Assembly: GCA_038087875.1 (NCBI GenBank)
Contig: CM075989.1
Location: 15,440,001 to 15,500,000, forward strand
Source of the DNA: Malacoraja senta
Taxonomy: Eukaryota
Reading direction: 5' to 3'
DNA length: 60,000 nt
A program made the translations under genes and the position numbers. The notes under the pieces were generated by a model, which saw only the letters and a program-made list of their open reading frames with translations, ran no database searches and was not told where the DNA came from. Shown piece by piece: positions 1-11,176 of this stretch; position 1 is the stretch's first letter, and the number at the start of each line of letters is the position of its first letter.

Positions 1-1076
1 AAACCCACTGGCTGTGCGACTTTCTGGTACAGTGCTTCTAGACATCATTTATTACCCAGAGAATGTTTGTTGAGTGAGTTCTCCGCTGTTTGAACGTGCT
101 GCCTGAAGACTCGCACATTATAGTAAAACATTAGGCAGGCATGTGAGAGGCATGTAGTGATGTTGTCACTGTTTCTACCCGGTGGGTTCCTTATTTCTGC
201 TTCACAGAACACGCAATTTTAATGCAGTATCTTGAGAACTGGATTGAACCAGTTCTGCGCTTAACTAATTTATGCGGTGACCTCTTGAACTCCAGAAGCT
301 GCACTGAACATAATGATCCCAGGTGTTTGCTGACTCTAATCTGAGTATTATGCAAATATTATTACAGAGGTGAAGAGACTACCACTATGCTGTCAAACAG
401 CAGTGACATGCAAGCTCCATACTTGAGGCATTTGAAGTAGATAATGGTGCAAAGAATTGAGAACAAATTAGTGTTGAATTAGAAAGTAGAGAGTGCTGAT
501 AAATGGAGGCCTCCTCTGTAAACAGTTGCACCAGGGTTTGTTCCTAGCGTTCTCTGTTTACACATCATATATGACAGAGCGCAGTACAGTAACATGTTTA
601 AACAAATCGTTAATGACATCAAATGATAGTGCTTGGAAACTGGCGGAAGAAAGTCTAATAATGGGAAAAGGAACAGCTATAAACAAAAGAGCAAAGTAAT
701 ACTTAATGGATTTTAATGTGGAAAAGTGCCCTGTTATTCAATTTGGAGCAGGACACACGATTGTAAACCTAATGAGCATGGGCCATTTAAAATAAATTGT
801 TGGGTTAAGGCAAAAATGGTCAGGGAAGGGTGGCACATCGGCATTGAAACAAAAAAAAGTAAAATTGACCATGATTTTAAAACAAAGTCAAATCATGGTG
901 GAGTGAATGGTAGCTAATGTAACCCCACTTTTTAAGAAAACAGGGAATTATAGACCAGTTAGCCTGACATCGGAAGATGTTTAAGTTGATTATTAAAGAT
1001 GTAATAGCAGTGACAAGCAGTGACAGGATCAGTCAGTCAGCAAGGATTTATGAAGGGAAAATCATGCTTGACTAAT

Positions 1077-1226
1077 AGACAATAGACAATAGGTGCAGGA
1101 GTAGGCCATTCGGCCTATCGAGCCAGCACCGCCATTCAATGTGATCATGGCTGATCATCCACAATCAGTACCCCGTTCCTGCCTTCTCCCCATATCCCTT
1201 GACTCTGCTATCTTTAAGAGCTCTGT
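1077..1226 (-). mobile_element. Short antisense CR1 3'-end insertion inside the CR1
   Basis: Reverse complement of the CR1 3'UTR with an (agacaat)n tail. Flanked by ctaat at 1072-76 and 1227-31; removal restores CLTNLLEFF. Confidence 0.85.
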
Positions 1227-1507
1227 CTAATCTTCTGGAGTTTTTTGAAGAGGAAACAAGTACAATGGATGATCGGGGAGGGGCAATGGGTGTGGTATAT
1301 CTGGATTTTCAAAAAGCCTTTGACAAGGTCCCGCATAAGAGATTAGTGAGCACATGGTATTGGGGGTAGGGTATTGACATGGATAGAGAACTGGTTGGCT
1401 GACAGGAAGCAAAGAGTAGGATTTAACGGGTCCATTTCAGAATGGCAGGCAGTGACTAGTGGGGTGCCGCAAGGCTCTGTGCTGGGACCCCAGTTATTTA
1501 CCATATA

Positions 1508-3130
1508 CAATGCTCTCCATAATGTTTGGGACAGACCCATCATTTATTTATTTGCCTCTGTACTCCACAATTTGAGATTTGTAATAGAAAAAATCACATG
1601 TGGTTAAAGTGCACATTGTCAGTTTTTATTAAAGGCTATTTTATACATTTTGGTTTCACCATGTGGAAATTACAGCTGTGTTTATACATAGTCCCCCCCA
1701 TTTCAGGACACTTGCCCCCTTAATGCTGGTACAATACAGTTCTCAGCACCTAGTCTTTACTCCAGTCTTTCCATCACCTGTGGAAATGTTTATTGCTGTT
1801 TATCAACATGAGGACCAAAGTTGTGTCAATGAAACTCAAAGAAGCCATTATGCGACTGAGAAACAAGAATAGAACTGCTAGAGACATCAGCCAAATCTTA
1901 CGCTTACCAAAATCAACTGTTTGTAGCATCATTAAGAGGAAAGAGCACTGGTGAGCTTCCTAATCACAAAGGGACTGGCAGGCCAAGGAAGACTTCCACA
2001 GCTGATGACAGAAGAACTCTAATCTAATAAAGAAAAATCCCCAAACACCCGTCTGACAGATCAGAAACACTCTTTAGGAGTCAGGTGTGGATTTCACAAT
2101 GACCACTGTCCGCAGAAGACTTCATGAACAAAAATATAGAGGCTACACTGTAAGATGCAAACCACTGGTTAGCTGCAAAAATAGGATGGCCAGGTTACAG
2201 TTTGCCAAGAAGTACTTAAAAGAGCAACCACAGTTTTGGAAAAAAGGTCTTGTGGACAGATGAGACAAAGATTAACTTATATCAGAGTGATGGCAAGAGC
2301 AAAGTATGGAGGAGGGAAGGAACTACCCAAGATTCAAAGCATACCACCTCATCTGTGAAACATGGTGGTGGGGAAGTTATGGCCTGGGCATGTATGGCTA
2401 CTGAAGGTACTGGCTCACTTATCTTCATTGATGATACAACTGCTGATGGTAGTAGCATGATGAATTCTGAAGTGGATAGACACATCCTATCTGCACGTTC
2501 AAACAAATGCCTCAAAACTCATTGGCCGGCGGTTCATTCTACAGCAAGACAATGATCCCAAACATACTGCTAAAGCAACAAGGAGTTTTGCAAAGCTAAA
2601 AATTGATCAATTCTTGAGTGGCCAAGTCAATCGCCTGATCTGAACCCAATTCAGCATGCCTTTTATATGCTGAAGAGAAAACTGAAGGGGACTAGCCCCC
2701 AAAACAAGCATAAGCTAAAGATGACTGCAATACAGGCCTGGCAGAGCATCACCAGAGAAGTGGGGTCCCAGCACAGAGCCTTGCGGCACCCAGCAACTGC
2801 TTATGTCCATGAATTGCAGACCTCAAGCAGTCATTGCATGCAAAAGATATGCAACAAAATATTAAACATGACTACTTTCATTTCCATGACATTGCTGTGT
2901 CCCAAACATTATGGTGGCCTGAAATGGAGGGGGGGGGGGGGTCTATGTATAAACACTGCTGTAATTTCTACATGGTGAAACCAAAATGTATAAAAATGGC
3001 CTTTATTAAAATCTGACAATGTGCACTTTAACCACATGTGATTTTTTTCTATTACAAATCTCAAATTGTGGAGTACAGAGGCAAATAAATAAATGATGGG
3101 TCTTTGTCCCAAACATTATGGAGGGCACTG
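1508..3130 (+). mobile_element. Decayed Tc1-family DNA transposon (IR/DR type)
   Basis: About 200-bp TIRs (caatgctctccataatgtttgggac... / ...gtcccaaacattatggagggcactg); TA TSD at 1506-07 and 3131-32. Broken transposase with WTDETKINL, SSVKHGGG, QQDNDPKH and WPSQSPDLNP. Removal restores the CR1 motif FTIYINDLD. Confidence 0.95.
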
Positions 3131-3966
3131 TATATCAACGATTTAGACAAAATAATTTAATGTGACATCTCCAAGTCTGCGGATGGCACAAAGCTGTATG
3201 GCAGTGTGAGCTGTGAGAAGGATGCTATGAGGCTGCAGGGTGTATTGGATAGGTCGGGTGAGTGGGCAGATGCATGGCAGATGCAGTATAATGTGGATAA
3301 ATGTGAGGTTATCCACTTTGGTGGCAAGAACAAGAAGACAAATTATTATCTGAATGGTATCAGATTAGGAAAAGGGAAGGTGCAATGCGACCTGGGTGTC
3401 CTTGTACATCAGTCACTGATAGTAAGCATGCAGGTACAGCAGACAGTGAAAAAAGCAAATGGCATGTTGGCCTTCATGGCGAGGGGATTTGAGTATAGGA
3501 GCAAAGAGGTCCTACTGCAGTTGTACAGGGCCCTGGTGAGACCACACCTGGAGTATTGTGTGCAGTTTTGGTCTCCTAATTTGAGAAAGGACATGCTTGC
3601 TATTGAGGGAGTGCAGTGTAGGTTCACCAGGATACTTCCTAGGATGGTGGGACTGACACATGATGGATCGCTTTGGGCTTCTATTCACTGGAATTTAGAA
3701 GGATGAGAGGGTATCTTATAGAAACATACAGCATTCTTAAGCAATTGGACAGGCTAGATGCAGGAAAAATGTTCTCGATGTCGGGGGAGTCCTGAACCAG
3801 GGGTCGTAGTTTAAGAATAAGGGGTAGGCCATTTAGTACTGAGATTGAGTCACCCAAAGAGTTGTGAATCTGTGGAATTCTCTGCCACAGAAGGCAGTGG
3901 AAGCCAATTCACTGGATGTTTTCAAGAGAGAGTTAGATATAGCTCTTCTGGCTAATGGAATCAAGG

Positions 3967-4087
3967 CAGTCTGACGAAGGGTCACCCATTCCTTCTCTGC
4001 AGAGATGGTGCTTGTCCCGCTGAGTTACTCCACCATTTTGTGTCTACCTTCGATTTAAACCAGCATCTGCAGTTCTTTCCTACACAC
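3967..4087 (+). mobile_element. Penelope-derived mini-element with internally deleted hammerhead core
   Basis: Similar to the 3' terminal repeat of the Penelope at 40325-40460; 10-bp TSD ggaatcaagg at 3957-66 and 4088-97. Confidence 0.85.
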
Positions 4088-4589
4088 GGAATCAAGGGAT
4101 ATGGGGGGGAAAGCAGGAATGGGGTACTGATTTTGGATGATCAGCCATGATCATATTGAATGGCAGTGCTGGCTTGAAGGGCCGAATGGCTTACTCCTGC
4201 GCTTATTTTCTATGTTTTTACAACAGATATTTGCCCTTTGGGGTCGCCACAGCCACAGAGGATGGAGGGCTGGTAGTTTGCAAGGGTGAGTACAATTTGG
4301 ACTGTTTCATGACTACCACCAGGGACCCAGTGTGGACAAGTGCATGGAATTGTGATATTAGGCAAAACTCAGGTACATTAATAGAACGAATACCAATGCA
4401 AATTGTAAGAGTCTGTAACTGAAGCGCCTCAGTGATAAGGTTCTCCTGGAAAAGGTAATTCTGTTAACATTTCTGTGCCGCTTGCTCGAATTGATTTTAA
4501 AGCAAACCACGATGGACTAAAATTTTAAATAGAATAGAACTGTCTTCTGCATGCCTTCTATAGTTAAATCAGATCTGAATCCACACTTC

Positions 4590-4925
4590 CCAAGTCACCA
4601 TGGATCCCATTCATCTTAATCTTCTGGATCAGCCTACATTGAGGGACTTGATCAAGTGCTTAATCAAAATCCAAGTTAACAATATTCCACTGCCTGTCCT
4701 CATGAATCACCATCATCACCTCCTCAAAAAAAATCAATCTATTTAGTGAAACAGGACATGCTGCAGACAGAGATATGTCGACTGTCCTTAATTATCCCAT
4801 TCTCTTCCAAATGTGAATAAGTCCTATCCCAAAGAATCCTCTCCAATAGCTTCCCTACCACAGACCTGAGGTTCGCCGACCTATAATTTCCATCATTAGC
4901 TCTACTTCCCTTCTGAAACAAAAGC
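4590..4925 (-). mobile_element. CR1 RT fragment
   Basis: Minus ORF LFQKGSR...NYRSANLRSVVGKLLERIL followed by a degenerate LDFDKxLDQVP. Confidence 0.8.
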
Positions 4926-5684
4926 AAATGAGAATCAAAGCATTGTCATGCCTGAATGTATTGGGAATAATCAACCATTGGTTGCTGTCTGATTAAGAAT
5001 AAGTGCTTAATATATAAAATTAGCTTAACCCAGTCAGGTTTGCTATAGCAACAGGAATGTTCTGCAAAAAAACAAACAGCTGGAAGAGCTCAGTGGGTCA
5101 GGCAGCATCTACTGGGGGGAAATGAACAGCTGGAATATTCTTCTATTTGTCCTAAGGATGTGGATAATTTGGCAAGCGCACAGTTCCAAAGGTGCTCGAG
5201 ATCCCCATAGACCTGTTGCAGTGTTGGTGCCATGACAATAGTGGTGTTATGTGAGAAATCCTTCTCGGCAGTAGAGAATTTTAACAATTAATTACCCTCC
5301 GCAAGAGAAATGTCCACATGTATCAGTTTTAAATGATCAACCCCTTATCTTGAAACTTTGTCTCTAGTTCCTTTCTCAGGTTAGTGTGAAGGTGGAGCCG
5401 AAGGCTGAGCTATGGTTAATAAATAGGAATCTGGTGTAGATGCCTTTGTTATCCAGTTGTTCCAGGGAGATAGTGCCTGCCATGGACCTGTAGTGGATGT
5501 ATTCGAGGAGGAGTGTAACATATGTGTCATAGGTATTGTGGCCTCTGCATATTAAATGTTCTTTTAATGTTGTCATCAATCTAAGGATTGCTTCATGTGA
5601 CTAATTGTTGGTTAATGTGGCAAACATTTTCAGGGACAGGAAGCTTGAGAAAAGCTGTTGGAAAGAAAACAAATATAAATGCAC

Positions 5685-6150
5685 ATAGTTTTGGTTCCAT
5701 TACCTAAGAAAGGATATACAGTAGCAACAATGGGGGCAGTCCAAAAGAGATTTGTCAGGCAAATTGAGTAGATTGTCCTCTCAAGAGCCTTAAATAGGTT
5801 AGGTGTGTTTTATTTGGAGATTAGAAGAATGAGGGGTGATCTGAATGAACATGATAAGATCCTATGGAGACATGACAAAGCAGATGTTGGGATGTTTCAA
5901 GAAGGAGAGTCTCAAATGATGGGACATAGTTTCAAGATGAAGTTTGGTTATTTCAAACTGAGGTACATATGAACTTTTTACACATAGAGGGTGTGTATCT
6001 CTATAATTCTCTCCCAGGGAGGATTGTGAAGGCTGGGATCATGAGAAGAAAATAAAAGTGTGGGTAGTACATACATGTTTGAAAGATTGGAGGATTGAGT
6101 GCTATGGAGATCTGGCACAGAGTGGAGCTGAGGCCAGCCTGATTTTATTG
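5685..6150 (+). mobile_element. Old CR1 3' fragment
   Basis: Degenerate similarity to the other CR1 3' ends in the window (agaagaatgaggggtgatct, acatagagggtgtg). Confidence 0.6.
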
Positions 6151-8154
6151 AATGTTCTTGTGTATGGATGGCTCCTGTCTATCTCACGAATGAAGTATGT
6201 TTGTAAATGATCGACTTTACACAGTATTTTGAAGCCCATCCGCTCTAGAACTCTCCTTGGCTCCTGACGTGGACTTTACATCCCCTATGCCTGAATCTTC
6301 TGAACCCCAGATTCCTATCTCCCAACAATCTCACTGGTGATCAGAGATTCTCAACTCGCCAACCTCTTCATTGACCCCTCACCATGCCCAAGTGCCCATC
6401 ATAAGTCCCACGAGTACTAATCACCAACAGCAAATCCTCTCCTCAACCTCCACTTCTGATCGCTGACTGAATCCTCTCCACCTTCACCTTGCCCATAGTA
6501 CCTTAAGTCCAGCTCCAGCACCATATTTATCCATTTCTTTTGTGTGGCAGGTGCAGGTGGACAATGGGAAGACTATTCTTTAGTAAGCTATGTTTCATAA
6601 CGCTACTTTATTGGGCCTCAGGCACTGTTAAATTTGAACAACACCCCAACAACCAAAATGTTTTACTCGCATGCTTCCATCAGCACCAATGAATTTCAAA
6701 GTCTTTGTTAAGGAACATTAAATTAAGAAATCAGCAGTACTTCTCAGTTAATGCACCGAATGCTTTTCTCTGCCTCTCTTTACTATCTCCTTGAAGGTAC
6801 TGGAGCGCAGTTTTACCAACCTCAGAATATTCTCCTGGTGAACGTTAGGAAGCAATTTCATCATCACAGCTTTCATGTAGCATGTCAGAGAGGAGATAGG
6901 GAAGGGTGGGTTGGACAGAAGGAATAAAGAATTTATGTTCCCTTTATATTGTTTGCTCTTTGGTCAGACTTGGCCAATTATAATAGCCAACTGCTACCAG
7001 CTGGGTTCAGGTAACTCAGCGCAAATCAAGGATCAAACTGGAGAACATTTGAATTATGGCTCAGAAAAACATTATTGAGTGTGTGCACCTGCTGAGGTTC
7101 TTGGAAATTTTCCTTTTGTAGAAGACCTGGAGAGAGAAATAAAAATAATAAATAGATGACTAGACATGTTATTTTCAGCACAGAGGATGAACATTCAACT
7201 CAACAATATGCAGGTGTTTACGTTAGAGGGAGTTGAAAGAAGGCTTAAAAATCTTGTCTTGAACACGTTTAACTTCAACCTACAGCTTGTTTTTTTGTAG
7301 GCCTTATTTTATTGGAAACATTTATTAAGTGTGTTATTCATACATCAGAGTAGGTGTTGAACGTACAACTAACTATCAACGGCAGACGAACTTCTACCGC
7401 AAGGGAATTCCACAATATAATTTGGCTAAACTCATGATAGTTACACAAGCCCTGTAAAATGACTTGCTGTGAAGGTTTGGAGGAGATGGAGGAATTTTGA
7501 GCCTCCACAGGAAGATACAGTAAGGATGGAACCACTGCCTGAAGAGAAGGCAAAGGATGCTGTTAAGACACTTCCTATCATGAGTCTTTTCTTGAATGAT
7601 TCTGGCACTGTCTTCCTCATTCCCTCCACGTATTGCGTTGCCTTTCTTTGTTGCAGTTGTACATCATCTGCCATATGCATCTGAATTCAGACTGGAGAAC
7701 ATGAGCACATACCCTCAAATATTTGTATGTTGAGACTCTTTCCATGAGACTGAGAAATCAATGCCAATGAGATGCACAAATAGATGAAAGTGAACAAAGC
7801 ATCAAAAGTTAAAAAAAATAAAGCTAAAATTCTAATAATTCTGGGACACAGTAGGTGTGCTAATTATGGAAGAATAAACAGAAATTTGTGTGGTTATACT
7901 ATATAACTAATCTTCACAAGCTTTTTATGTGCTTCAAGTCACACATATCAGAAAAATCGCTGGGAAGTATAATACGTTTAGTTTTGAGCAGGGGCTAAAT
8001 ACTTGTTTTTGTGGCTTTTGTTTTATTGGAAACATTTATTAAGGGAACGCATTTTGTGTCCCCCTGAGTTATTTCAGCATTTTGTGTCTATCTTCGGTTT
8101 AAACCAGCATCTGCAGTTCCTTCCTACACATTTCCTATTCATTCATCAGAGTAG

Positions 8155-8380
8155 GTAGGTTATTATTGTCACATGTGGGTACAGTGAGGAGCTTTGTTTT
8201 GCATGCTATCCAAAGACAGTGTAAAGTGCAGATGGAGTCAGGATGTCTGGTCTGTGTGATGGACTGGGCTACATCTGCAACTCTCTGTAATTTCTTGTTA
8301 TCCCGGGCAGAGCTGTTCCCAAACCAAGCTGTTATGCAACCTGACAGCATGCTTTCTATGGCACATCTGTAGAAGTTGAG
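8155..8380 (-). mobile_element. Rex1/Babar-like LINE 3' fragment
   Basis: MLSGCITAWFGNSSARDNKKLQRVADVAQSIT; 3' end catgtgacaataa. Confidence 0.75.
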
Positions 8381-8832
8381 GTATTGACTTTTATGGTTGT
8401 TTAGGAACTGTGGTGAAGCACGGTTAGGACAGAAGTGCCAAGTGCATCTTCACCCTAGAATTGAGCACAGCTGGGAAGTAACAGGATAAACTGCTGGAAT
8501 AGAGGACGAGATAGAGAAGACGAGAAGCTCCCAAAAGAAAGTTTATGCACCACAGATTATCAGGAACCGTTCTCATACCTTATCTACAGAATGGACAACT
8601 GCTTTAGATGCTTTGTCAATTTGTCCTGGACCAACCATATTAAAACCTCGTCCAAGAAAGCACACCAACGTTTCTACTGCTCAGAAGACTATGAATGTTT
8701 GGCATGTCTTCATCGACCCCAACCAAATTCTACAGATGCACTGTGGAAAGCATCCTAGCAGGATGCATCACAGCTGGGTTTGGCATCTGCTCTGCCCAGG
8801 ACTTTGAGAAATTTCAGAGAGTTGTGGATATA

Positions 8833-10448
8833 CAGTGGCTTGCAAAAGTTTTCATATCCCTTGAACGTTTCCACCTTTTGTCACGTTACAACCACAAACG
8901 TAAATGTATTTTATTGGGATTTTATGTGATAGACCAACACAAAGTGGTGCATAATTGTGAAGTGGAAGGAAAATGATACATGGTTTTCAAATTTTTTTAC
9001 AAATAAAAAACTGAAAAGTGTGGCGTGCAAAAGTATTCAGCCCCCCTGAGTCAATACTTTGTAGCACCACCTTTCGCTGCAATTACAGCTGCAAGTCTTT
9101 TGGGGTATGTCTCTACCAGCTTTGCACATCTAGAGACTGAAATTTTTGCCCATTCTTCTTTGCAAAATAGCTCAAGCTCAGTCAGATTGGATGGAGAGCG
9201 TCTGTGAACAGCAATTTTCAAGTCTTGCCAGAGATTCTCAATTGGATTTAGGTCTGGACTTTGACTGGGCCATTCTAACACATGAATATGCTTTGATCTA
9301 AACCATTCCATTGTAGCTCTGGCTGTATGTTTAGGGCCGTTGTCCTGCTGGAAGGTGAACCTCCGCCCCAGTCTCAAGTCTTTTGCAGACTCTAACAGGT
9401 TTTCTTCCAAGATTGCCCTGTATTTGGCTCCATCCATCTTCCCATCAACTCTGACCAGCTTCCCTGTCCCTGCTGAAGAAAAGCATCCCCACAGCATGAT
9501 GCTGCCACCACCATGTTTCACAGTGGGGATGGTGTGTTCAGGGTGATGTGCAGTGTTAGGTTTCCGCCACACATAACGTTTTGCATTTAGGCCAAAAACT
9601 TCAATTTTGGTCTCATCTGACCAGAGCACCTTCCTCCACATGTTTGCTGTGTCCCCCACATGGCTTATGGCAAACTGCAAACGGGACTTCTTATGGCTTT
9701 TTTTCAACAATGGCTTTCTTCTTGCCACTCTTCCATAAAGGCCCGATTTGTGGAGTGCACGACTAATAGTTGTCCTGTGGACAGATTCTCCCACCTGAGC
9801 TGTGGATCTCTGCAGCTCCTCCAGAGTTACCATGGGCCTCTTGGCTGCTTCTCTGATCAATGCTCTCCTTGCCCGGCCTGTCAGTTTAGGTGGACGGCCA
9901 TGTCTTGGTAGGTTTGCAGTTGTGCCATACTCTTTCCATTTTCGGATGATGGATTGAACAGTGCTCCGTGAGATGTTCAAAGCTTGGGATATTTTTTTAT
10001 AACCTAACCCTGCTTTAAACTTCTCCACAACTTTATCCCTGACCTGTCTGGTGTGTTCCTTGGGCTTCATGATGCTCTTTGTTCACTAATGTTCTCTAAC
10101 AAACCTCTGAGGCCTTCACAGAACAGCTGTATTTATACTGAGATTAGATTACACACAAGTGGACTCTATTTACTAATTAGGTGACTTCTGAAGACAATTG
10201 GTTGCACTGGATTTTATTTAGGGGTATCAGAGTAAAGGGGGCTGAATACTTTTGCACGCGACACTTTTCAGTTTTTTATTTGTAAAAAATTTGAAAACCA
10301 TGTATCATTTTCCTTCCACTTCACAATTATGCGCCACTTTGTGTTGGTCTATCACATTAAATCCCAATAAAATACATTTACATTTGTGGTTGTAACGTGA
10401 CAAAATGTGGAAAAGTTCAAGGGGTATGAATACTTTTGCAAGCCACTG
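8833..10448 (-). mobile_element. Full-length Tc1 transposon, Passport-like, with IR/DR ends
   Basis: About 215-bp TIRs beginning CAGTGGCTTGCAAAAGT, roughly 9 differences by eye. Inner direct repeat tgcaaaagtattca near 9026. TA TSD at 8831-32 and 10449-50. Confidence 0.97.
9051..10070 (-). CDS. Intact Tc1 transposase, 339 aa, DD34E
   Basis: Uninterrupted ORF with paired-like HTH, GRPPK, RVARRKP, WSDETK, FQQDNG and SPDLNPIE; 34 residues counted between the second D and E. Confidence 0.97.
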   Translation of the reverse strand: MKPKEHTRQVRDKVVEKFKAGLGYKKISQALNISRSTVQSIIRKWKEYGTTANLPRHGRPPKLTGRARRALIREAAKRPMVTLEELQRSTAQVGESVHRTTISRALHKSGLYGRVARRKPLLKKSHKKSRLQFAISHVGDTANMWRKVLWSDETKIEVFGLNAKRYVWRKPNTAHHPEHTIPTVKHGGGSIMLWGCFSSAGTGKLVRVDGKMDGAKYRAILEENLLESAKDLRLGRRFTFQQDNGPKHTARATMEWFRSKHIHVLEWPSQSPDLNPIENLWQDLKIAVHRRSPSNLTELELFCKEEWAKISVSRCAKLVETYPKRLAAVIAAKGGATKY

Positions 10449-10704
10449 TAGACCAGCCCATCACACAGACCAGCTGACTCTTACATTTCAAGCTGCCTCA
10501 GGAAAGCAGCCAGCATAATCCAGAACCCTTTCTACCCTGATCATTCCATCTCCACCCCTCTCCCATCAGCTAGAAGATAGAAAGCTTAAAAGCACATACC
10601 ACCAGATTCAGGAACAGCTTCTTACCTACTGTTATCAGACTATCGAACGGTCCTCCCTTAAGTTATGGTGTAGACTTGACTTATGACCTAACTCACTTGA
10701 ATTT

Positions 10705-10802
10705 GAGTCTGAAGAAGGGTTTCGGCCCGAAACGTTACCTATTTCCTTCGCTCCATAGATGCTGCTGCACCCGCTGAGTTTCTCCAGCATTTTTGTGTAC
10801 CT
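10705..10802 (+). mobile_element. Penelope-derived hammerhead mini-element
   Basis: CTGAAGA-A-GGGTTTCGGCCC-GAAAC-GTT starting 10709; TSD ttgaattt at 10697-704 and 10803-10. Confidence 0.88.
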
Positions 10803-11079
10803 TTGAATTTTTTCTCTGTAGTTGTAATACTATAATGCTGTAACACTATATATTCTGAACTGAGTTGTAACACTCTTCTCTGCACTACCTGTATGTGGCT
10901 TGATTGTACTCAAGTACAGAATGATTTGTCTGGATAGCGCACAAACTAATCTTTTCAATGTATTTCAGTACATGTGATAATCAGACACCAATACCAATGC
11001 CTTCTCCTCAATAAAGGGATGGTAACGATCAATGCCAAATGTTGCAGCCACAACAGCTAACCCTGGACAGGACAAAATC

Positions 11080-11176
11080 GAGTCTGAAGAAGGGTTTCGG
11101 CCCGAAACATTGCCTATTTCCTTCGCTCCATAGATGCTGCTGCACCCGCTGAGTTTCTCCAGCATTTTTGGGTACC
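11080..11176 (+). mobile_element. Penelope-derived hammerhead mini-element
   Basis: Near-identical to 10705-10802; 12-bp TSD caggacaaaatc at 11068-79 and 11177-88. Confidence 0.9.

Larger units (their letters stand above)
900..4220 (+). mobile_element. Decayed 5'-truncated CR1 LINE (RT domain to 3' end) hosting three nested insertions
   Basis: RT motifs YLDFQKAFDKVPH, WIENWLADRKQRV, SGVPQGSVLGPQLFTIY|INDLD, WQMQYNVDKCEV and LYRALVRPHLEYCVQFWSP; 3' tail ttctatgttt near 4210. Confidence 0.93.
8610..10990 (+). mobile_element. Rex1/Babar-like LINE 3' fragment, split by the Tc1 and a mini-element
   Basis: FYRCTVESILAGCITAGFG...FQRVVD on the left continues as QPITQT and RFRNSFLPTVIRL on the right; 3' tail tacatgtgataa near 10975. 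Confidence 0.75.

Noticed and set aside
7441..7680. 79-aa minus ORF as an exon of a neighbouring gene
   Set aside because: No similarity I can recognise in any frame, and no partner exons found.
10705..11176. Two near-identical 97-bp repeats 375 bp apart read as LTRs or CRISPR-like repeats
   Set aside because: Each has its own distinct TSD, so they are independent insertions. Eukaryotic context and no array structure.
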